Origin: a virus
Taxonomy: Duplodnaviria; Caudoviricetes
Virus record (IMG/VR): IMGVR_UViG_3300036817_000491
Coordinates: 1-42,959 of that record
Length of the DNA stretch: 42,959 nt
Direction: 5' to 3' (one strand)
How positions within the stretch are numbered: the stretch's first letter is position 1; the number at the start of each line of letters is the position of its first letter. The translations under genes were made by a program, and so were the position numbers. This document shows, in pieces, positions 36,060 through 42,959 of the stretch. Under the pieces are notes generated by a model. The model had not been told where the DNA came from, ran no database searches, and worked only from the letters and a program-made list of their open reading frames with translations.

Positions 36060-36078
36060 CATTGGTCAAAACTCGATT
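36060..36078 (-). repeat. 19-nt early-operon motif, copy 2
   Basis: Exact AATCGAGTTTTGACCAATG directly after the cII-like stop. Confidence 0.9.
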
Positions 36079-36631
36079 ACGTAAAAAGTGGTGCCAGTGC
36101 CTGCAGGTGAGCGATCATCACCCCGGCAAGCTCACCGGGTAAAAGTGCTGCGTTAGCCAGGAGGTTCTCAAAGCCCTCCTTCGCTTGCTTCTTGCTCGGC
36201 AGGCCCAGCAGTTTTGCCTGATGGTGCTCGCCGCTCTCTTTTATCGCCTCAGCCACCAGCTCGATATCGGTTTTACCCTGACGGAGACCGTGTTTTCTGG
36301 CGATCTCAATCGGCATGGCGTTACCGATCGCGTTCGCGAGCTGCATGACATAGGCCGTGTATTTGCCGGAGTTGGTTTCGTTTTTCAGGTAGCGAAAAAG
36401 GTTCTGTTTGTTCACAGTGATCCCTCGCCCACCCTCCTTTGCCCAGTGTTCGGCCACCAGCTGCGTAACAACGTCCTGCGCCTGGCCCGGGATAGTTGCC
36501 TCCCACTCACGAACGGCAGACAGAATCGCGCGATGGCGTGTTGAGTCCCGGCGACGATGCTCAATCTGATTTCGGGTTTTCAGCGGAGCGGTGTTCTGCC
36601 GGTTAAGATGTTCAAACGTTACTGATTGCAT
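36077..36631 (-). CDS. CII-like regulator (YdaT family)
   Basis: Follows cro; AI..AVREW...GQ.Q..VTQLV; start MQSVTF with a GGAAGG RBS. Confidence 0.8.
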   Translation of the reverse strand: MQSVTFEHLNRQNTAPLKTRNQIEHRRRDSTRHRAILSAVREWEATIPGQAQDVVTQLVAEHWAKEGGRGITVNKQNLFRYLKNETNSGKYTAYVMQLANAIGNAMPIEIARKHGLRQGKTDIELVAEAIKESGEHHQAKLLGLPSKKQAKEGFENLLANAALLPGELAGVMIAHLQALAPLFT

Positions 36632-36633
36632 GA

Positions 36634-36858
36634 TTAACCTTCCTGATTTGTGGGGAGATCGGTTGGAAAAACACTGTCCAGAGAGCACACCGCTCCTAAG
36701 GCATTAAGTGTCTCAACGATGGTCCTGCATTCAGACAGTCCTGGTTCTCGAAGACCGGCTTCGTAGTTAGATAATCGCGAGCGGCCCCAACCAAGAGCCT
36801 CGGCTAGCTGCGATTGCGACAATCCCAATTTCTGACGCTCAATGGCAATGTTGTTCAC
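36634..36858 (-). CDS. cro: Cro-like HTH regulator
   Basis: 74-aa XRE HTH divergent from the repressor. Confidence 0.85.
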   Translation of the reverse strand: MNNIAIERQKLGLSQSQLAEALGWGRSRLSNYEAGLREPGLSECRTIVETLNALGAVCSLDSVFPTDLPTNQEG

Positions 36859-36887
36859 GGTTTACTCCTACACAGATTTTATGCGTC

Positions 36888-36917
36888 ATATTAGACACGT
36901 TTTGTGTCTACCGTCAA
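36888..36917 (-). promoter_or_regulatory. pR-like promoter with operator TAGACAC-N5-GTGTCTA (36892-36910)
   Basis: TTGACG-N18-TAATAT; 19-bp palindrome over the spacer; weaker copies at about 36914-36933 and 36939-36957. Confidence 0.8.
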
Positions 36918-36951
36918 CCTCAGAATGTGTCAGCTCGTTAGCCACAGAGCG

Positions 36952-36960
36952 TGGTAATAT
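36952..36960 (+). promoter_or_regulatory. pRM-like extended -10 giving a leaderless cI mRNA
   Basis: TGGTAATAT ends 6 nt before the ATG at 36967; no SD. Confidence 0.6.
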
Positions 36961-36966
36961 TTTGGA

Positions 36967-37356
36967 ATGAAATCTATGGCTGAAATTATTGGTGAGAGGC
37001 TCAGGTCTCTTCGAGAAAGGAAGAAGTTAAGCCAAGCGCAACTATCTAAGTTGTGCGGGTGGTCCACTGCCTCAAGAGTAGGTAACTACGAGGGAGGGCT
37101 GAGGAACATTGGTGTCGATGACGCTATTACACTTGCCAGATACCTTGATACCACTCCTAGTTTTATTCTTTTTGGTGATGAACAAAACAAAGGTCAGGAA
37201 TTGCCAGAAAAACAACGGCGCCTATTGCTATTGTTTAATCAGCTCCCCTCAACTGAACAAGATAAAATGATCGATCTCTTCGAAGTGCGACTCAGGGAGA
37301 TAGACGATTACGTCGCCAAGTATCTACAAGGTAGATATAAACCAGCAGAAGAATAA
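36967..37356 (+). CDS. cI: Prophage repressor, short DicA/Gifsy type without an S24 peptidase domain
   Basis: 129-aa XRE HTH with LL.LFNQLP..EQ C-terminus. Confidence 0.88.
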   Translation: MKSMAEIIGERLRSLRERKKLSQAQLSKLCGWSTASRVGNYEGGLRNIGVDDAITLARYLDTTPSFILFGDEQNKGQELPEKQRRLLLLFNQLPSTEQDKMIDLFEVRLREIDDYVAKYLQGRYKPAEE

Positions 37357-37366
37357 CCCCTTAAAC

Positions 37367-37390
37367 AACCGGCCTTGAGCCGGTTTTTTT
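37367..37390 (+). terminator. cI terminator
   Basis: AACCGGC-CTTGA-GCCGGTT followed by a T-run. Confidence 0.8.
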
Positions 37391-37453
37391 ACGGCCCACT
37401 TAACATCCTTGCTAAGTCTACTTATCGCTCGCTCTTACTTGTCACTTTTTGTG

Positions 37454-37484
37454 TTGACACATAGACACATTGCGTGTCTATAAT
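37454..37484 (+). promoter_or_regulatory. pL-like promoter with operator TAGACAC-N5-GTGTCTA (37462-37480)
   Basis: TTGACA-N19-TATAAT; same palindrome arms as at pR. Confidence 0.8.
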
Positions 37485-37630
37485 GATTCCACAAATTCAG
37501 TCATCCAGGCAGGACGCCCACGAAGTAGCTGCCGGCGGCATACGAAACACCGGATGAGATGACAAATGCAATCGCGCAGCAGGCTTTACCGTTCCGTCGG
37601 CCAGACGTAAATGGCAATAAGGAGATAACC

Positions 37631-37753
37631 ATGATCGACTATGCACGTAACCCCGTAAAACAGCAGGCCATTCGCCTTAACATCGTTGAAGTCTTGATCC
37701 GCAAGTTCTGCTACTTCATGGCGCAGAAAGGCAATCCAGAACTCAACGCATGA
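37631..37753 (+). CDS. 40-aa first gene of the pL operon
   Basis: MIDYARNPVK...; TAAGGAG RBS; ATGA-coupled to the next gene. Confidence 0.7.
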   Translation: MIDYARNPVKQQAIRLNIVEVLIRKFCYFMAQKGNPELNA

Positions 37754-37932
37754 GCATGTTCTTCGCCTTAATCATTCCAGTCTGCGCCCTCACTGGGGAA
37801 TGCTCAGACATCATGCTCGGTCTCTATAAAACCGAAGCGATTTGTGAAGCAGTTGCCGCAGAGCAGCACGTGAAAGGACAGTGTTACCCGTACAAACCGG
37901 CTGACGACCAACAGCCAGCGTTACATTTTTAA
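37750..37932 (+). CDS. YebW/DUF1482-like small Cys-containing protein
   Basis: FALII.VC..TGEC.DI..G.Y.TE..C...C pattern. Confidence 0.75.
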   Translation: MSMFFALIIPVCALTGECSDIMLGLYKTEAICEAVAAEQHVKGQCYPYKPADDQQPALHF

Positions 37933-37949
37933 TCGAGTTTCGACCAATG
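37931..37949 (+). repeat. 19-nt early-operon motif, copy 3 (1 mismatch)
   Basis: AATCGAGTTTCGACCAATG. Confidence 0.88.
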
Positions 37950-38059
37950 GCTGTTACCAGCCTGATGCCAGGTGCACATGGCATCGCGATGGTAATCCCG
38001 CCATCACAACCAAACAGGAGACGAAGACCTGTTCTGGTTAAATTGGAAAAGTTCTCTTT

Positions 38060-38086
38060 GCCCGTCACCCGTGGCGGGCCTTTTTT
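38060..38086 (+). terminator. tL-like intrinsic terminator
   Basis: GCCCGTCAC-CC-GTGGCGGGC followed by CTTTTTT. Confidence 0.75.
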
Positions 38087-38097
38087 CCGGAGGTTTT

Positions 38098-38433
38098 ATG
38101 TCAGCGAACGAACTGGCATTGCGATTCAGCAGCGCACCTGCAGAGAAGTTGATCGGCGTTCTGCCGGTTCTCGAAGTCAAAGAGGCGCTGCGCAGTGAAG
38201 TTGAAGAGGACGTGCTGGATGAAGTCTGGCAGGAGCATCAGTTTGAAATAGAAGCTGTTGAGGAGCAGACCGAGGAAGCGAACCGCCTGGCGCAGAAGTT
38301 TGAACTGGTTGCGGAGACGTTTGGAACGGCGATTAAGCTGGCCCTCACCCTTCCGCACTGCGAAGCGATTCAGGTTCTGCAGGATGCTATTGAAGATAAT
38401 CCGGGCTATGGCCGGGATCCGGTGAAGGGGTAA
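38098..38433 (+). CDS. Hypothetical acidic protein
   Basis: MSANELAL start with GGAGG RBS. Confidence 0.75.
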   Translation: MSANELALRFSSAPAEKLIGVLPVLEVKEALRSEVEEDVLDEVWQEHQFEIEAVEEQTEEANRLAQKFELVAETFGTAIKLALTLPHCEAIQVLQDAIEDNPGYGRDPVKG

Positions 38434-38436
38434 GCC

Positions 38437-38778
38437 ATGGAGTTTGGAATGAAACGAGTGATGGCATCTGTCCAGGCCGTTGCAGTGCTGGAAAGAATCT
38501 ACCGCGGAACGCCTGTACCGCTCGCCACACTGAGTAAAGAAATGAAGCTCTCGGTTTCTTATCTGGAGCAAATTTTCAAGCGGTTGCGCAGCGGCAACCT
38601 GGTGACCTCGCACAGAGGCCCGGGCGGTGGTTACAGCCTGCGTGAAGGAGATATCTCAGTTTCAGCAGTAATCCGCGCAGTAAGCAAGATCCCGTCGAAC
38701 ACCACGTTCGACCCTGTGCTGGATGCGCTTGATGGCGTGCTTGTCTCCCAGCTGGCGAAAAAAACCAGCGTCCAATAA
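38437..38778 (+). CDS. Rrf2-family winged-HTH regulator (Cys-less)
   Basis: LSVSYLEQIF..LR...LV.S.RGPGGGYSL. Confidence 0.88.
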   Translation: MEFGMKRVMASVQAVAVLERIYRGTPVPLATLSKEMKLSVSYLEQIFKRLRSGNLVTSHRGPGGGYSLREGDISVSAVIRAVSKIPSNTTFDPVLDALDGVLVSQLAKKTSVQ

Positions 38779-38835
38779 GCACAAAACCCGCGCAAGGCGG
38801 GTTAAGTACCCGGTCAGCCGACCAAAGCTTTCCGG

Positions 38836-38854
38836 AATCGAGTTTTGACCAATG
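38836..38854 (+). repeat. 19-nt early-operon motif, copy 4
   Basis: Exact AATCGAGTTTTGACCAATG upstream of the exonuclease gene. Confidence 0.9.
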
Positions 38855-38916
38855 ACCACTACCCAAGGCGGCGATCATCAGCTGTTGGGTATCTTACACC
38901 CAAATGAGGCTCCAAG

Positions 38917-41553
38917 ATGGAATTTTTTTATCAGATTAAGGCAACCCAGAAATCAGGGAAACCTGACGGCGTTATCTGGTTCAGTGCCAATACGGCATCA
39001 CGCGCAGCGCTGCAGCTGGACGTCGCGCTGGAAGACGCCGAAATCGAAACTGGCCGCGGTAAGGATTACGCCAAGCCTGTACGCACAGACATGCCGGTTG
39101 TGGACGATCTGCCTGAAGAAGGCGTGATTGATTACACCTGGTGCGAGCGCTATACCCTGGCCGACGACCAGCGCACCTGGATTGTGATCCCTGGTGCCGC
39201 GCCTCAGAGCGAAACCACCATTGCCCCGGCCACCGCCGCCAGCGCTGAGAATCAGCCTGCCGCAACGGTAACCACCACTGATATCGCTGATATGGGCAGC
39301 ACCTCCCCGCTTGAAAATCGCACCCCTGCAGTACGCTTTGCTGTCCATCTGCTGGGCGACAAATATCACACCGAGATTACCAAGGAGCAGCTGATTGTCG
39401 CCAACGAACTGGTGATGGACGAGGAAATTGTTTATTTCCAGAACCTGCTGCAGGCCAAAAATGACGTTGCTGATATTGATGATCTCAGCCTGCATGCAGA
39501 GTGGAAGCTGGTCCAGGCCGTCAAAGACGTTTTCCCGCAGGACAAAGAACACGAACCTGCACTTGTGGCCGTTTTCATGTCGAGCTGGATTAAAGCCGAA
39601 GCTGACGAGCGCAATCAACTGGTTGACGACTGGAAGAGCGGAAAGCTTCCAGCCAAAGAAGAACCTGAGAACTTATTTGAGCATGGCCTGAGGATCAGTA
39701 AACATGATGACGGGGGCGCTCATTATCCCGTCTGCAAAATGCCATTCCGCAAACAGCTCCTGGCTCAGTTGACAGCTGATGAACTGCGCCATCATATCAG
39801 CCGCAAAGAACACGCGGATCTTCACTTAATGGAAATGGACACCGATAACGGATATGTCCAGAACCTGCTTCTGGCCGCAGAGAACTCTCCAGAAGTTAAG
39901 GCTTATGACACCAAAGACCTGTGGCGCTACACGAAAGCGATCCGAGAAGTCTTCAGCATGGATAAACGCCATGAGCTTGCGCTGCTGTTGCAATTCACTA
40001 AAGCTTGGGTAGCCACCTCATATATAGACCGCGGCATCCTGACGCGTGAGTGGGTCGCCGACAATCGTATTAACCTTGTGCAACGCACTGACGCAAGCAC
40101 CAATGCCGACGGCGGGTATGTGACTGACCGCGGCGCAGATGCGCATCACACCCTGGACACCCTGGATCTGGAGATCGCCTGCGCCCTGCTGCCGATGGAT
40201 TTCCACCCTTTTGAAATCCCTTCCAGTGTTTTGCGCCGCGCTAAAGAGATTGTCGCGAACAAAGAAGAACCCTGGAAATCATGGAGCAAAATCCTGCGCA
40301 ACCAGCCAGGCGTTCTGGGGGTCAACCGCGCGGCCATCTTCAACCTGGTTCGCATCGCGCCGGAGAATATCCACCTGACGCCAGCTGCGCATCTGGAGTT
40401 CGTGAACCAGACGATGACGGCTGAGTTCTGCCAGGCGACTGAGCTTCTCCCTCTGCCGTCCATCGAATCGGAAGAGGACACTCAAGCCGTCGAGCAGCAA
40501 CAAGCATTGCCGAAATGGGTAGAAGCCGGTGAGAAAAAACTCGCTGATGAAGATGAAGCAGAAACGCAGACCCTGCCAAAGTGGGTGAGTGCTGCCGACA
40601 GCCAGCCGCAGGTCGCGAACCTCGGCGGCGGCGTGTTCTCTATCGAGGGCCTGATGGGTACAAATAATGACCCGGTCATCAATACCCTCTCAAACGCAGT
40701 CGAAAAAACGGAAACAGTAACGGAGACCACCAGCGATGTGCAGATGGAAGAGACTAACCCGGCGAAAGGAGAAAGTGTTGGCGCGGTTCCACCAGGCGAA
40801 AGCGCTGATGCAACTGCTGCGCAAACAGATGCCGTAGCGGGAACCATCTGTGCTAGCTGTGGTACCGAAGGTGGCAGCGGTTGCCCTGACTGTGGCGCCG
40901 CGGTTGGCGATGCAACCTATGCGGTGATGGAAGCGGGTCTGAAAGAGGAACTGGAAGCGCTGGAGCCTAATTCTACAAATTCGGAAATCATGTTCACGCA
41001 CCTGATGGTGGATCTCGAAACCATGGGTAAAAAACCGGGCGCGCCGATCGTTTCAGTAGGGGCCGTATTCTTTGACCCGGCCAGCGGTATGACCGGTACT
41101 GAATATTATCAGGTGATTAATCTCGAATCGTCGATGTCATTCGGGGCCAGGCCAGACGCCAGCACTATTCTCTGGTGGCTGAAGCAATCGCCTGAAGCAC
41201 GATCTGCAATCGTGGTGGATGATACGGTCGGCATGGTAGAAGCGCTTGAGCAGCTTCTCGACTTCATAGCTGAAAACGCAGCCAACGGTTCTAAGAATGT
41301 GCAGCTCTGGGGAAATGGTAGTTCGTTTGATTGCTCTCTTCTGGAGGCAGCATTTGAGTTAGCCGACACGCCCTTCCCGATCCCGCACTGGAACTACCGT
41401 GACGTGCGAACCGTCGTTGAGCTGGGTAAAGCGGTTGGGCTAAATGCTCGCTACGACATCCCTTTTGAAGGCGATCAGCATAACGCCCTGGCCGACGCCC
41501 GCCACCAGGTCAAATACGTATCGGCTATCTGGCAACGCCTGACAGCAATCTGA
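38917..41553 (+). CDS. RecE/ExoVIII-like N-terminus fused to a DEDD 3'-5' exonuclease domain
   Basis: N-terminal KATQKSGK...DDLPEEG..D..WCERY; C-terminal HLMVDLETMG, WGNG..FD and HNALADA. Confidence 0.85.
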   Translation: MEFFYQIKATQKSGKPDGVIWFSANTASRAALQLDVALEDAEIETGRGKDYAKPVRTDMPVVDDLPEEGVIDYTWCERYTLADDQRTWIVIPGAAPQSETTIAPATAASAENQPAATVTTTDIADMGSTSPLENRTPAVRFAVHLLGDKYHTEITKEQLIVANELVMDEEIVYFQNLLQAKNDVADIDDLSLHAEWKLVQAVKDVFPQDKEHEPALVAVFMSSWIKAEADERNQLVDDWKSGKLPAKEEPENLFEHGLRISKHDDGGAHYPVCKMPFRKQLLAQLTADELRHHISRKEHADLHLMEMDTDNGYVQNLLLAAENSPEVKAYDTKDLWRYTKAIREVFSMDKRHELALLLQFTKAWVATSYIDRGILTREWVADNRINLVQRTDASTNADGGYVTDRGADAHHTLDTLDLEIACALLPMDFHPFEIPSSVLRRAKEIVANKEEPWKSWSKILRNQPGVLGVNRAAIFNLVRIAPENIHLTPAAHLEFVNQTMTAEFCQATELLPLPSIESEEDTQAVEQQQALPKWVEAGEKKLADEDEAETQTLPKWVSAADSQPQVANLGGGVFSIEGLMGTNNDPVINTLSNAVEKTETVTETTSDVQMEETNPAKGESVGAVPPGESADATAAQTDAVAGTICASCGTEGGSGCPDCGAAVGDATYAVMEAGLKEELEALEPNSTNSEIMFTHLMVDLETMGKKPGAPIVSVGAVFFDPASGMTGTEYYQVINLESSMSFGARPDASTILWWLKQSPEARSAIVVDDTVGMVEALEQLLDFIAENAANGSKNVQLWGNGSSFDCSLLEAAFELADTPFPIPHWNYRDVRTVVELGKAVGLNARYDIPFEGDQHNALADARHQVKYVSAIWQRLTAI

Positions 41554-41605
41554 TTTCTTTTATTCACCTTTTGGCCCTGCAAAGGGCCATTATCTGGAGA
41601 AGATA

Positions 41606-41854
41606 ATGTCCAGGTTAGTTCTATTATCTGAATGGGCAAAGCGCGAATTTGGAGAGCCGGTACCCGGGACATCCACCCTTTGCAAATACGCCAAGAACGG
41701 CATGATTTCACCGCCCCCATGCAAAGTGGGAAAAAGCTGGCGCGTCGAGGTCACGGCCCGGTTCGTTGGCTTATCAGCAGAACCAGAGATAAAGAAACAG
41801 GATCACCCGCTCCTGAGGAGGATTTTAGAAGATGGCGCGACCTCGGAAACATAA
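41606..41854 (+). CDS. xis: Excisionase
   Basis: LSEWA...TL.KYAK.G.I.PPP.KVGK.WRV; overlaps the int start. Confidence 0.88.
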   Translation: MSRLVLLSEWAKREFGEPVPGTSTLCKYAKNGMISPPPCKVGKSWRVEVTARFVGLSAEPEIKKQDHPLLRRILEDGATSET

Positions 41855-42959
41855 CGTATCTATACCAGGCCTTTCCTGTTTTCTGGACTCGCGCACCAAA
41901 AAAGTTTACTGGCGGTATAAGCACCCTGTTACTGGGAAATTTCACGGCCTCGGCACCGATGAAAGTACCGCCAAAGAAATTGCCATTGAAGCTAACAGCC
42001 GTTTAGCCGAACAAAAAATGAGGCATCTGATCCGCGCTAAAAATGACATCAACAAGCGCCTGGGCGGAGCCGCAACGATCAGCGAGTATTTGGTCCGGTA
42101 CAGAAAGCTTCAGGAAGAGCGGCTGCAACAAGGCGAGATTAAGCTAAATACATTCAAGCAAAAGGCCTCACCGTTAAAGGTTCTTGAGGAATCTTTGGGG
42201 CCACGCCAGCTGGATGAGATTACCGTAAAGGATATTGTTTCGATTCTGGAAGATTATAAAGAGAAGGGACATAACAGGATGGGTCAGATTTTCAGGAAGG
42301 TTACGATCGATGTGTTTAAGGAAGCGCAGCAAGTCGGAGAAGTCCCGCCTGGATTCAACCCGGCGCTTTCCAGCAAGAAGCCCCACGTAAAGATCAGCCG
42401 GCAAAGGCTTACTTTCGAGGAGTGGATGCTTATCTTCAACGCGGCAGAAAAAGATAATTATTTCCTTCAACGCGGTATGCAGCTCGCCATTATCACCGGG
42501 CAGCGCCTGTCTGATATATGCAACATGAAGTTTACTGACATCCAGGAAGGTTGTTTGTGTATCGAGCAAAGCAAGACCGGATACAAGCTGGCTATTCCTT
42601 TAGAGTTACGCTGTAACGCACTTGGCATCTCGCTCGGTGAGGTGATCTCCTCGTGCCGCGACAAGGTTCTGAGCCCTTACTTGTTGCATCATCACCACGC
42701 TAAAGGGAAAGCCAAGCGGGGCGGCATGGTTAAACCGGCAACCTTAACTGTCGCATTTAGCAAAGCGAGAGATAGCGTCGCGTACGAGTGGGAGAAAAAC
42801 GGCACGGCACCGAGCTTCCACGAACAGCGATCTTTATCGGAGCGGCTTTATCGCGAGCAAGGTATAGACACTCAAGTTTTACTTGGGCACTCCAGTGTAA
42901 TCATGACGAATAAATATAATGACACTCGAGGAAAAGAGTATAAAAAACTGGTCATTTAA
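41832..42959 (+). CDS. int: Tyrosine integrase (lambda family)
   Basis: Arm-binding N-terminus; catalytic TGQR, QSKTG, FHEQR, LGH and Y residues. Confidence 0.97.
   Translation: MARPRKHNVSIPGLSCFLDSRTKKVYWRYKHPVTGKFHGLGTDESTAKEIAIEANSRLAEQKMRHLIRAKNDINKRLGGAATISEYLVRYRKLQEERLQQGEIKLNTFKQKASPLKVLEESLGPRQLDEITVKDIVSILEDYKEKGHNRMGQIFRKVTIDVFKEAQQVGEVPPGFNPALSSKKPHVKISRQRLTFEEWMLIFNAAEKDNYFLQRGMQLAIITGQRLSDICNMKFTDIQEGCLCIEQSKTGYKLAIPLELRCNALGISLGEVISSCRDKVLSPYLLHHHHAKGKAKRGGMVKPATLTVAFSKARDSVAYEWEKNGTAPSFHEQRSLSERLYREQGIDTQVLLGHSSVIMTNKYNDTRGKEYKKLVI

Larger units (their letters stand above)
1..42959. mobile_element. Lambdoid (Gifsy-like) prophage, near complete; att sites outside the window or not identifiable
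   Basis: Contiguous integrase-xis-immunity-replication-lysis-cos-head-tail modules in lambdoid order. Confidence 0.97.

Noticed and set aside
37430-37437. Lambda boxA-like CGCTCTTA
   Set aside because: Lies upstream of the pL -35 and after the cI terminator; no boxB and no N gene.
37500-37563. Hammerhead-like words (GATGAG, CGAAAC) in the pL leader
   Set aside because: CUGA is absent and the order of elements relative to the stems does not fit a hammerhead core.
34447-38854. CRISPR-like reading of the 19-nt repeats
   Set aside because: Copies are 0.9-1.9 kb apart on opposite strands, with no spacers or cas genes.

Overview
Almost complete lambdoid (Gifsy-like) siphovirus prophage of an enterobacterium, reading mostly on the minus strand. 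The window runs from a LexA-controlled umuD'-like cassette (left end) to a tyrosine integrase (right end); the att sites are not visible. Gene order: SOS cassette, two tail-fibre genes, J-I-K-L-M-H-T-G-V-U-Z tail, Clp-protease/capsid fusion head, portal, terminase, lambda-like cos, morons, pinholin/SAR-endolysin/spanins, late control, nin-like region with a LexA-dinI-putative antirepressor operon, replication, cII/cro/short cI, and a pL operon (Rrf2-like HTH, RecE-like/DEDD exonuclease fusion, xis, int). No N gene, recT, tRNA, CRISPR array, reverse transcriptase or invertase was recognised. The least explained signals are non-coding. (1) Two diverged copies of a ~95-nt pseudoknotted RNA with compensatory base changes bracket the lysis cassette. 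(2) A 19-nt motif ending in ATG occurs four times, always co-oriented with early transcription. (3) A duplicated promoter plus two-hairpin leader has a fixed CUGAACA loop and hides the RBS. All calls come from reading the sequence; no searches were run.
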